Origin: a virus
Taxonomy: Duplodnaviria; Caudoviricetes
Strand: one strand, 5' to 3'
Length of the DNA: 33,429 nucleotides
Virus record (IMG/VR): IMGVR_UViG_3300020469_000142
Location: 1-33,429 of that record
In this document: piece by piece, positions 15,111-24,587 of the stretch
Position numbering within the stretch: the stretch's first letter is position 1
Layout of the letters: each line of letters opens with the position of its first letter
Made by a program: the position numbers and the translations under genes
Notes under the pieces: generated by a model
Databases searched by the model: none
Told to the model about the DNA's origin: nothing
The model's input: only the letters and a program-made list of their open reading frames with translations

Positions 15111-16479
15111 AGGACAAACTCACGGTAAAACATCAGGTTTTAAAGTTGCTACTACTCAATCGTATGTTAGAGACTTTGTCAAACTATTTCCAAATAGTGC
15201 GGGTGATGAATTTACTGATATAAAACAACTTATTAATAGAATTATATTTAAAGAAAATATAAGACAAGGCTCTATTATATGTGAAATTGATGTATTAGAT
15301 GGTTTAAACATGTTAGAAACATTTAAACTGTCTGGTGGAGAAAAAGTAGAAATACAATTAAGTCAAAATACTCCACTAGGTAATAATAAACTTAGAAAAA
15401 CGTTTTTTGTATCTGATATAATTAATCATACTAAGCCTCGGCCGGGATATCAAACATATCAATTGATATGTATATCAGAATATGCATACTTAAATAATCT
15501 TATTCGATTGGATAGAGATTTTTCTGGATCTCCTGGAAGTCTTATTAAAAATATTTTAAAGAAAGATTTAAGAGTAAAAGATGAAGATATTTTTAAGTGT
15601 AACACTGAAAGCGGTAGTATAATTCAAGGTATATATCCAAAGTTAAAACCATTAGATGCTATTAACTGGCTAAAAAGGAATGCGTTTGATGAAAATACTC
15701 CGTTTTATTTTTATGATACGTTACATAAAGGATTGATACTTAACTCGTTAAAAGAATTAATTAATGAAGACAGCGATATTGAATATATTCATAAGCCTTA
15801 TTTTGGATTATTTAAAAATGAAGAAGAAGAGTTTGTAGACTCTAGAAAAAGAGTTAGAAAATTATCTTCTAATTTAGGTATGTCTAAATTTAATCAGGCT
15901 GGTAAAGGTAGTTATAGTTCATCATTAACGTCAATAGATATTGCAACTAAAACTGTAGTAGAAAATTTTGATTATCGATATAATGATGATTTTGCTATAA
16001 AAGAACATAAGCTTGAAGGTAAAACGCGGGCAGGTAACAAGCCATTTTCAAGTGAAACTAAATTTTTAGATAGAGAATTAAATAATTTTCCTCAATCTAG
16101 AAGATTTAACTTATCACTTAATTCATTAGCATTTGATAAGAAAAATTATCATGATCATGTTCCATTATTCATTCAAAAGTCTGAAGCAATAAAAAATGGA
16201 TTTGATTACATGTCTTTAGAGTTAATATTAAATGGCGACTTTAGATTACATTGTGGTAAAATGGTTAGTATAATTATACCAAAGGCTACTTCAAAAGGAT
16301 TAACTAAATCAAATAAAGAGATTGATGAAGTGTTAAGTGGTAGTTATATAGTAACAAATATAATTCATGAGTTTAATATGGATGAATATGTAATGAATGC
16401 AGAACTTAAAAAAGATTCTACTTTAATATCATTAGAAGGCAGCATTAATTTTAAACTAGGTGTAACGGACGAAATATAA
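15103..16479 (+). CDS. baseplate hub protein (gp27-like by position)
   Basis: 458 aa between genes 53 and 5; L.G.EKV, P.LKPLDAINWL, FYFY, NGDF.L..G..V, LSGSYIVT.I.HEF motifs. Confidence 0.62.
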   Translation: MARGQTHGKTSGFKVATTQSYVRDFVKLFPNSAGDEFTDIKQLINRIIFKENIRQGSIICEIDVLDGLNMLETFKLSGGEKVEIQLSQNTPLGNNKLRKTFFVSDIINHTKPRPGYQTYQLICISEYAYLNNLIRLDRDFSGSPGSLIKNILKKDLRVKDEDIFKCNTESGSIIQGIYPKLKPLDAINWLKRNAFDENTPFYFYDTLHKGLILNSLKELINEDSDIEYIHKPYFGLFKNEEEEFVDSRKRVRKLSSNLGMSKFNQAGKGSYSSSLTSIDIATKTVVENFDYRYNDDFAIKEHKLEGKTRAGNKPFSSETKFLDRELNNFPQSRRFNLSLNSLAFDKKNYHDHVPLFIQKSEAIKNGFDYMSLELILNGDFRLHCGKMVSIIIPKATSKGLTKSNKEIDEVLSGSYIVTNIIHEFNMDEYVMNAELKKDSTLISLEGSINFKLGVTDEI

Positions 16480-17030
16480 TGAGAGAAGATGATTTTATAG
16501 CACAAAAGTTTCACTGGTTTACTGGTACTGTAAAGGATATAAAAGATCCAAAGAAACTAAATAGAGTTAAAGTAAGATGTATAGGCTATCATAAAGACGA
16601 TATAGCTACAGATAAACTACCATGGGCGACTGTCATGATGCCAACAACTTCTGCTTCATATAAAGGAGTAGGTGGTAATCATCATTTAGAGGTTGGTTCA
16701 TGGGTGGTAGGATTCTTTAGAGACGGTATGTCTGCTCAAGATCCTATGGTTATGGGATCTATTGCAACTCAAGAAGATGGTGTATTAGATATACCAACTG
16801 AAGCTCAGTTAGCTGATCCTACTAATAAAGTATACAAGTCTAATGCTGGTCATTTAATAGAAATTGATAATACATCAGGCGCTGAAACATTACGTGTTAC
16901 ACATGCCAAAGGTGCTGTAATTACTATTGATAAGGATAATAACTTATCCATTACTAACTCTGGTACAACAAGTATATCATCAGCTGGTGCTATTACAATT
17001 ACATCAGCAGTTAAAACAACTATAGTATAA
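16479..17030 (+). CDS. 5: short baseplate central spike (gp5 N-terminal OB-fold plus short beta-helix, no lysozyme)
   Basis: WFTG.V.D..DP....RVKVRCIG.H, LPWA.VM.PTTSA, GSWVVGFFRDG..AQ.P.VMGSI, GHLIEIDNT.GAE. Confidence 0.88.
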   Translation: MREDDFIAQKFHWFTGTVKDIKDPKKLNRVKVRCIGYHKDDIATDKLPWATVMMPTTSASYKGVGGNHHLEVGSWVVGFFRDGMSAQDPMVMGSIATQEDGVLDIPTEAQLADPTNKVYKSNAGHLIEIDNTSGAETLRVTHAKGAVITIDKDNNLSITNSGTTSISSAGAITITSAVKTTIV

Positions 17031-18130
17031 TGTCTTTACCCGCATTACAAATAGATACACCTGAATGTCCAGCTGTATTGTTACCTACACCAGCAAATTT
17101 ATCAAATGTATTTGGTAAACTAGCTACCTTTCCTGGTAAGTTAACTGCTCTTGCTGCTACAACAGCAAAGGAAGAAGCTGAAGAATATTTAGAACAAGCT
17201 AAACAGTTACAAAATACTATTGATGGTTTACGCACTGCATTTGCTGCATATGATCCTAAGTTTGAGAAGCTTAGTATACCTGAAAAAGAATGGCAAATAA
17301 TGATACAAAGGTTAATTGAAGAATATCCTATGTATATACAAGCTCAGATAATGTCATTAATTAGTAGTTTTGTAAGCTTTAATTTACCTATCATGGGTTT
17401 GTCTATTGATGTAGTAAAACTAGCGACTGATAGATCATATTTAACTACACTAATAGCTAATATAAGTGGTGATGAATTAGATAGATTATATGCGTTACTA
17501 CCATCTGAATATAAACTATTTGATGGTGAATATGGATTAGAAAATTTAGATCTAAAGAAAAAACAAGTAGTAGATTATATAAAGAATGAATCAGCTAAAT
17601 TCATGAATGGCCAACTCTTTACTGGGTTTGGCGGACTTATAAGTGCATTTGATGAGATATGGGACGCATTAGGATTACCTGCGTTACCAGTTCCTTTAAG
17701 TTTAGATGTTAAGAGTTTAGTAGATGCTGCAATTGCAAATGCTAAAGATGATGCTGCTAAGTTGGCTGCTCTTAAAGATATTAGTATAGCTGGATTTAAA
17801 GTTGACTCATTATTAGGTGGAGACATAGTAGATGACTTTGAATCATTAGAGTTTCAAGTTGCTAGAATAAATTCTAAGTTAAAAGAATTTGCTGAAGGTT
17901 ATCAACTTTTTTTATTAAGAGAGTGGATGGGAAAGGTTACATCTTTCTTTAGTGCGATTGGTTTAAGCGCATTAACACAATATGCAACGCTTAATTTTTG
18001 CACGTTTTGTGGGTTAGTGGGTATATCAACAACCATTGATTTAAGTTCGTTTAATAACATATCACAAATAGCTGCAACTGAAACTAAAACTTTAGACCAG
18101 GTATTAGAAGAAGCTGAAGAAGATGTATAA
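17030..18130 (+). CDS. uncharacterised helical protein, 366 aa, between genes 5 and 25
   Basis: Long ORF coupled by TAATG to gene 5. Confidence 0.85.
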   Translation: MSLPALQIDTPECPAVLLPTPANLSNVFGKLATFPGKLTALAATTAKEEAEEYLEQAKQLQNTIDGLRTAFAAYDPKFEKLSIPEKEWQIMIQRLIEEYPMYIQAQIMSLISSFVSFNLPIMGLSIDVVKLATDRSYLTTLIANISGDELDRLYALLPSEYKLFDGEYGLENLDLKKKQVVDYIKNESAKFMNGQLFTGFGGLISAFDEIWDALGLPALPVPLSLDVKSLVDAAIANAKDDAAKLAALKDISIAGFKVDSLLGGDIVDDFESLEFQVARINSKLKEFAEGYQLFLLREWMGKVTSFFSAIGLSALTQYATLNFCTFCGLVGISTTIDLSSFNNISQIAATETKTLDQVLEEAEEDV

Positions 18131-18133
18131 ATA
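18126..18133 (+). promoter_or_regulatory. T4 late promoter TATAAATA 5 nt before the gene 25 ATG
   Basis: TATAAATA GTTAT ATG. Confidence 0.82.
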
Positions 18134-18138
18134 GTTAT

Positions 18139-18597
18139 ATGGCATATTATTCAGGCGACATATCAAACTCAACAGTAGCCGCGGCCGACAAGTCGAAGGT
18201 TAGTATTGTATCAAGGAAGAAAGCTCATAGTGATTTAAACTTAAAGCTTACACGTCATCCTATACGTAAGGATATTATACCATTAAAAGATGACGCTGCT
18301 ATTAAAAATGCAATTAAAAATTTATTAATAACAAATTTCTACGAAAGACCATTCCAACCGGCCAAAGGAGCGAACTTAAGAGGTTTACTCTTTGAACCAG
18401 CAGATGCTATTACAAAATATGAATTATCATCTGCCATTAGAAAATGTATAGAATTATTTGAACCAAGAGTAAAAGTATTAAGTATTAATATAGCGGATGA
18501 AACAGAAAGAAATGCATATCGAATTAATGTTCAATTTCAGATAATAGAATTTGACAGCAATCAAGAAGTAGAGATTGTTCTACAAAGGTTAAGGTAA
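18139..18597 (+). CDS. 25: baseplate wedge subunit gp25
   Basis: SDLNL....HP...DI......AIKNAIKNL..TN.YERPFQP..G..L...LFE, FEPRV, L.RLR. Confidence 0.95.
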   Translation: MAYYSGDISNSTVAAADKSKVSIVSRKKAHSDLNLKLTRHPIRKDIIPLKDDAAIKNAIKNLLITNFYERPFQPAKGANLRGLLFEPADAITKYELSSAIRKCIELFEPRVKVLSINIADETERNAYRINVQFQIIEFDSNQEVEIVLQRLR

Positions 18598-18601
18598 AAC
18601 T

Positions 18602-20449
18602 ATGGCTACAAATTTAAATGTAACAGAATTAGATTTTGATGATATCAAAAGTAATTTAAAGAATTTTTTAAAGAAACAAACTGTCTTTAATGACTATGAT
18701 TTTGATGGATCAGGTCTTAATGTATTGCTAGATATACTAGCTTATAATACACATTATAATGCAATGGCGGCTCATTTATCTTTAAACGAAGCGTTCTTGG
18801 ACTCAGCTCAAATAAGAGGTAATGCAGTTTCAAGAGCTCGTATGCTAGGTTATGTACCTTCGTCTCAGCTAGCACCAAAGGCTACTGTAAATATAGTAAT
18901 AGATGTATCAGGTGAAACTGGTACTAAGCCAACTAATTTGGCATTGAATCGTGGTACTAAGTTAAGTACTACACTTGATGGAGAAACTTTTCAGTTTGTT
19001 ACACTATCAACTCAAACTGCTACTATAACAAATAACACATACACTTATAATAATGTAGAAATAGCTGAAGGATCATTTAATTCTATTAAATATAGAATTG
19101 ATAATGATATATCCAATCAGAAATTTCAAATACCTCATTTAAATGTAGATACATCAACGTTACGTACTCGTGTACAAGCTAACGAAGAGTCTACATCTTT
19201 TGATATATACACATTATTTACAACGTTACTTAATGTAGATTCATCTACTAAAACCTATCACTTACAAGAAAACTCAAATGGATTCTATGAGATATACTTT
19301 GGTGATGGTGTAACAGGCACAAGGCCATCTAATAATAACATAGTTACATTAGACTATGTTTTTTCAAGTGGTGTGGAAGCTAATGGTGCTTCAACCTTTA
19401 CAATGACTGATTCAATTGGTGGGTTCTCTAATATAACACTTACAACAGTAAGTAACGCTTCTGGTGGTGCTGATCAAGAAACACTAGAATCAATTAGGTT
19501 TAACGCACCACTTACGTTTACATCTCAGAATAGAGCTGTAACATCAGACGATTATCGTGCAATTATTCAAAGAGAGTTTTCTAATATATCTGCCATATCT
19601 ACTTGGGGTGGTGAGGATCAGGCCACACCAGACTATGGTAAAATATTTATTGCAATTAAACCAAAGACCGCTGATACACTGACAATCTCTGAGAAGGCAC
19701 GAATTACAGGGACTATATTAAAAGGTAAGAACGTTGTATCAATTACACCAGAGGTAGTTGACCCTAACTATTCATTCCTTGAGTTAGATGTAGCATTTAA
19801 ATACAATCCAAACTTAACAGATAGAACTGCAGTTGATCTTAAATCGGTTGTATCAGATACTATTGATGATTACTCATTGAATGAATTAAATAAGTTTGAT
19901 GGTGTATTTAGGCATTCAGCTTTATTAAGAGCTATCGATTCAGCTGATCCAGCGATTCTTAACTCAACAGTTAGACCATTCTTATTTAAAACATTAACAC
20001 CTATTAATACCGCATCAAATAACTTTAGTGTTACATATCCAGGTTCTTTCTATGTGCCTAATGGTGTAGATGAATCTTGTATCACATCGACTTCGGTTAC
20101 AATTGGTGGTATAACAACTTTCTTTGCAGATAAAGCTATAACTGGTTCTACTAATAGACAGATATTTGCATACAGGTTACAAGATACAACCAAGGTTACA
20201 ACGATCGATAACTGTGGAACAGTTAATCCTACAGAGGGAAGTATAACGCTTAATAACTTTATACCAGATAATACAAATACATTTAGAATAACAGTGATAC
20301 CATTATCAAATGATATCGCACCAAAGAGAGACGAGATACTTTCAATTGATGCAACACGAACAACTATGACTGCTGAAGAAGATTCAATAGCGGTATCGGG
20401 TTCATCTGGTAGTGTTACATATGGTACTACCTCTAGATTTAGGTCATAA
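18602..20449 (+). CDS. 6: baseplate wedge subunit gp6
   Basis: LDFDDIK.NLK, DYDFDGSGL.VLLDILAYNTHY, EAFLDSAQIR, YEIYFGDG, SQNRAVT..DY, WGGED. Confidence 0.96.
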   Translation: MATNLNVTELDFDDIKSNLKNFLKKQTVFNDYDFDGSGLNVLLDILAYNTHYNAMAAHLSLNEAFLDSAQIRGNAVSRARMLGYVPSSQLAPKATVNIVIDVSGETGTKPTNLALNRGTKLSTTLDGETFQFVTLSTQTATITNNTYTYNNVEIAEGSFNSIKYRIDNDISNQKFQIPHLNVDTSTLRTRVQANEESTSFDIYTLFTTLLNVDSSTKTYHLQENSNGFYEIYFGDGVTGTRPSNNNIVTLDYVFSSGVEANGASTFTMTDSIGGFSNITLTTVSNASGGADQETLESIRFNAPLTFTSQNRAVTSDDYRAIIQREFSNISAISTWGGEDQATPDYGKIFIAIKPKTADTLTISEKARITGTILKGKNVVSITPEVVDPNYSFLELDVAFKYNPNLTDRTAVDLKSVVSDTIDDYSLNELNKFDGVFRHSALLRAIDSADPAILNSTVRPFLFKTLTPINTASNNFSVTYPGSFYVPNGVDESCITSTSVTIGGITTFFADKAITGSTNRQIFAYRLQDTTKVTTIDNCGTVNPTEGSITLNNFIPDNTNTFRITVIPLSNDIAPKRDEILSIDATRTTMTAEEDSIAVSGSSGSVTYGTTSRFRS

Positions 20450-20451
20450 AC

Positions 20452-22971
20452 ATGAGTGGATATGGTTCTGATGCGACTAACCCTAATTATATAGAATCTG
20501 TTGCGTCTTTAAATAAAAAGACAAAAGAAAAGCTAAGAATAGATCAAGTTATTCCATCTGCAATATTGGAAGATTCTGGTGAGACTGGCATTAAGCAAAT
20601 GCTAGAAAAATATTATGACTTTATGAATATGAATGAGTTCATATATAATGATGATGAATCATATGATGATTTAATAGCTTCCAATAGAGCAGTCTTTCGA
20701 GTAGTCGATCCAAGAAACGAAAACAATCAATTTTATACAGATAGCGGTGGTGCAAACTCGGTCCTTACTATTATAAGTTCGGATGGTACTAATATAGATT
20801 ATGATTTAACAGCCACTAATATTACTATATCTAATGGTAATGAATTACCTGGAACACTCAGTGGTAGGACTACACCAGTTGGTAAAACAATGAGTGTATC
20901 GATACCTGATGTTAAAAAGAGATCAGCCGCTTTAACTGCAGTTGTAAATTCTAGTGGCGTTGTTACTGGATTTACTGGAGACTTAGGTTATCAGTATCCA
21001 AGCGTACCTACTATTACTATTGCAGCTCCTGCAGGAGGAGGTACTCAAGCAACTGCTACTGCAACACTTGTAACAACTGTAAATGATAATCCTTATTTAG
21101 ACACATTGGGTTCATTAAATATTACAATCAATAATGGTGGTGGAGGTTATAACGCAGATACTGATGTACCAATAGTAACTGTTACCGCGAATTCAAATGC
21201 TGATACAATTGTCTTTACACCTAATGCATTAGATTGTACATTATTGACTCCTGTTACACATTGGGTAGGGCCTGGTCCGAGTTATGTTTTGAACGCAATT
21301 GAAGAGGCAATGAATATTGATGCCAATACAGATAATTACTTAGAATTGATGCAGAAAGAAATAGCCGCGGCCATTCCAAGGAATCTTACAGTTGATAAAA
21401 GAAATCTATATAAGAATATCACAGATTTCTATAAACTAAAAGGTTCATCTGATTCAATTGAAATATTCTTTAGGCTATTGTTTAATGAAAACGTTGAGGT
21501 TACATTCCCATTTGATAAAACACTTATACCATCATCAGGTAATTACGATACTGGTTTAGGACAATACCTAGATAAAAAAGGATTTTTGTCTGATACTATT
21601 AAGTTACAAGACTCTAAGTTTTACCAAAGGTTTTCTTATGTAGTACGTACTGGTAAAAACTTATCAGACTGGGAAGCGGCATTTGATAAGTTAGTACATC
21701 CAGCCGGCTTTATATTCTTTGGTGAAATATTACTTCTTACTCAATTAACAAGAGCAGCCCTTGGTGATAATATAAGATCGAGCGCACAAGAAGTAGATAC
21801 AGGATTCCCTGAAGGTAATGCAGGAAAAATTCCAGTACCAGGATCAACTGGATTTGTATACACTTATAAAGACTTATATACAAGAGAAAATAGAAAGACA
21901 TTATCATCTATGCCTGGATTACAATTAGGTGTTATAGGTATTGAGGATCTTAAGTTACTAGTAGATATGTTTGCTGCAACGTTTATGCCAACTATATCAG
22001 CTAAGATACATAAGACTGCATCTCTATCAGCTAACCTAGTGGGTGGAGTAGTAGATAGTATCTCAATAGTTAATGCTGGGTTTGGTTATACATCAGCACC
22101 TACATTGACTATTACCGGTACAGGTGGCGCAGGAGCTACAGCAACATGTACTATCGACGCTTTAGGTCAAATAGATGCTGTAACAGTAACAGCCGGTGGT
22201 AATAGTTATACATCAGCTGCAGTATCTGCAACAGCAAATACCGATGCTACTAAAGTTAAAAGTGTATCACTTACTAACTTAACATCTAATAAAGAATATT
22301 TTACACCACCTCTGTTACAATTAGATGCGCCTACCTCAAAAGACCAAGATGGTAACCTATTAGCTAGTAATGTACAAGCAACTGCTAAAACTGTTTTAAA
22401 CGGAACATCAATTAAAGAATTGCGTATTATAAATCAAGGATCTGGTTATACATCTGATCCAACAATTAATATACCAGGAAACGCATCTGGTATTGAAGTA
22501 GATGTAGGATCTAATGGAAAAATAGCTGGCATAAAATTAAATAATGGAGGAAGTAACTATACTGAGCTTCCAAATATAACCGTATCAGGTGGTGGAGGAT
22601 CTGGTTTAGTAGTACAAGCTATATTAGAGCCAAGTACTATTAATTCAATAGTTATAACCAATCCAGGATTTGGTTATGTAGTAGATCCAGTAGTAAAAAT
22701 TAAATCAACAACCGGTAATGAAGAAAGAGTACAGAACGTTAAGAAAATTCTTATACTTGCTCTTAACCATGCAGCAACTGAAGTAAATGACGCATCTTTC
22801 AGAACCCTTATAAATAATAATTACTTCAATAGAAAAGGTGAGTCGTATTATGCAAGCAAGAAGTTTAGAGATAATTATCCAATAAGCTTTTTTAGTAACA
22901 ATATCATACAAAACTCAAGCTCAAGTGTTATAAATAAATATAATACGAAAGCACATATAACACAGGAATAA
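20452..22971 (+). CDS. 7: baseplate wedge initiator gp7-like with G.GYT..P.VTI repeats
   Basis: KNI.DFYK.KGS..SI..FFRLLF.E, LQDS.FYQ.FSYV, LVHPAGF..FG; position between genes 6 and 8. Confidence 0.8.
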   Translation: MSGYGSDATNPNYIESVASLNKKTKEKLRIDQVIPSAILEDSGETGIKQMLEKYYDFMNMNEFIYNDDESYDDLIASNRAVFRVVDPRNENNQFYTDSGGANSVLTIISSDGTNIDYDLTATNITISNGNELPGTLSGRTTPVGKTMSVSIPDVKKRSAALTAVVNSSGVVTGFTGDLGYQYPSVPTITIAAPAGGGTQATATATLVTTVNDNPYLDTLGSLNITINNGGGGYNADTDVPIVTVTANSNADTIVFTPNALDCTLLTPVTHWVGPGPSYVLNAIEEAMNIDANTDNYLELMQKEIAAAIPRNLTVDKRNLYKNITDFYKLKGSSDSIEIFFRLLFNENVEVTFPFDKTLIPSSGNYDTGLGQYLDKKGFLSDTIKLQDSKFYQRFSYVVRTGKNLSDWEAAFDKLVHPAGFIFFGEILLLTQLTRAALGDNIRSSAQEVDTGFPEGNAGKIPVPGSTGFVYTYKDLYTRENRKTLSSMPGLQLGVIGIEDLKLLVDMFAATFMPTISAKIHKTASLSANLVGGVVDSISIVNAGFGYTSAPTLTITGTGGAGATATCTIDALGQIDAVTVTAGGNSYTSAAVSATANTDATKVKSVSLTNLTSNKEYFTPPLLQLDAPTSKDQDGNLLASNVQATAKTVLNGTSIKELRIINQGSGYTSDPTINIPGNASGIEVDVGSNGKIAGIKLNNGGSNYTELPNITVSGGGGSGLVVQAILEPSTINSIVITNPGFGYVVDPVVKIKSTTGNEERVQNVKKILILALNHAATEVNDASFRTLINNNYFNRKGESYYASKKFRDNYPISFFSNNIIQNSSSSVINKYNTKAHITQE
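22929..22936 (+). promoter_or_regulatory. T4 late promoter TATAAATA upstream of gene 8
   Basis: Exact consensus about 40 nt before ATG 22975. Confidence 0.72.
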
Positions 22972-22974
22972 AAA

Positions 22975-24564
22975 ATGACAGCAATTGTAACAACCCCATT
23001 TAGAGTAGTAAATGCGGAAAACTTTAAGGAAGATGTATCATCTACCGATAATAGTGTATATGTAGCGATTGGTAAATCAGATGTCTGGAGTACAGCCACT
23101 AGTGATTTAACTGATACTACGCCGTTTACTCCTCAAGATCGTCTAGACGATATCAACACGGCGTACCAAAACATGATTGGTATGAAAAAAGTAACAGCAT
23201 CTGATGTATCACATATTGTACCAAGATATACTTGGACATCAGGAAGAACCTACGTAGCGTGGGATTCTGAAGATCCAACAATATATGACAAAGAGTTTTA
23301 TATTATAACATCAGAATTTAAAGTATATAAATGTATTAAGGCTCCAGCTACGGCATCTACTATTGAGCCAGTACATATTAATACTGATCCAACATCTGAA
23401 TCAGATGGTTATACATGGAAATACATGTATACAGTTACTGTAACTGCAGCAGAAAAGTTTCTTACTATTTCTTATATGCCAGTATCTACATTGGTATTTC
23501 CAACAACAGGAACAGTTAACGGAGCAGTATCTAGTTCAACCGCTGTAACATTAGCAGCTGCTAACGAAAAAATTAAAGTAGGACAATTGGTAACAGGGTC
23601 AGGTATCTCTGGTTCAGTAACGGTTGCTGCAGTAAGTGGTACATCAGTTACTTTATCAAGTGCTCAATCTATATCAGATACAACAGTTCTTACCTTTGGC
23701 CGGTTTGCAAATACAGATGTTAACTATGCTAACCAAACAGCTCAAATTAATTCATTAGCTGCGACAAAAGCTGCAGGTATTGAAAGAGCTGAAGTAACTG
23801 CTGGTGGATCTGGTTATACATCAGCTCCTACAGTTTCTATTACTGGTGATGGTAGTGGAGCAACAGCTACAGCTACTGTAGCAGGCGGAGCGGTTACTGC
23901 AATTAATATCACCGATAAAGGAACAGATTATACAGTTGCTCAAATTACTTTAACTGGCGGTGGTGGTACATTAGGTACAGCCCGCGCAGTTATTGCACCA
24001 CAAAGTGGTCATGGTTCTGATCCTATATCAGAACTTGGCGCATTCTTTGTTGGACTTAACGTACAGTTATCTGGTTCAGAAGGTGGTGACCTAACAGTAG
24101 GTAATGATTTTAGACAAGTATCACTTATTAAAAATCCAGAACAGTTTGGAAGTACTGATATAGCAACAGCATCAACACTTAGGTCTAGGAGATCTTTAGT
24201 ACTTGCATCAAGCGCTGCAACGACTAACTTTGCAGTAGATCAAGTTATAGTAGGTAGTTCATCTGGAGCTAAAGCATATCTAGTAGAAATTGATACAACA
24301 AACAAAGTATTATATTACTATCAGAATGAAAAGACTGGATTTATAGCCTTTACACAAAATGATACTATCACGGGTACATTACCCAATGGTGGATCAGCTA
24401 CATTAGATCAAACCAGTGGAACTTCTTGGTATGGTCAAGCTACAAACGGTTACGGGCCTGAAGTTAAGAATGCAAGTGGACAATTAATATTCTTAGAAAA
24501 TAGAGCACCAATTAATAGATCATCATCCCAGATTGAAGATATTAAATTAATTGTTGAATTCTAA
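22975..24564 (+). CDS. 8: baseplate wedge subunit gp8
   Basis: MTAIVT..FR..NA..F, R..W.SG..Y, VYKCI, DGYTWKYMY, GHG.D...EL, NDFRQV.LIKNP, ENR.PI.R...Q.EDIKLIVEF. Confidence 0.92.
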   Translation: MTAIVTTPFRVVNAENFKEDVSSTDNSVYVAIGKSDVWSTATSDLTDTTPFTPQDRLDDINTAYQNMIGMKKVTASDVSHIVPRYTWTSGRTYVAWDSEDPTIYDKEFYIITSEFKVYKCIKAPATASTIEPVHINTDPTSESDGYTWKYMYTVTVTAAEKFLTISYMPVSTLVFPTTGTVNGAVSSSTAVTLAAANEKIKVGQLVTGSGISGSVTVAAVSGTSVTLSSAQSISDTTVLTFGRFANTDVNYANQTAQINSLAATKAAGIERAEVTAGGSGYTSAPTVSITGDGSGATATATVAGGAVTAINITDKGTDYTVAQITLTGGGGTLGTARAVIAPQSGHGSDPISELGAFFVGLNVQLSGSEGGDLTVGNDFRQVSLIKNPEQFGSTDIATASTLRSRRSLVLASSAATTNFAVDQVIVGSSSGAKAYLVEIDTTNKVLYYYQNEKTGFIAFTQNDTITGTLPNGGSATLDQTSGTSWYGQATNGYGPEVKNASGQLIFLENRAPINRSSSQIEDIKLIVEF

Positions 24565-24587
24565 ATTAGAATTTAAGAGAGAAAAAT

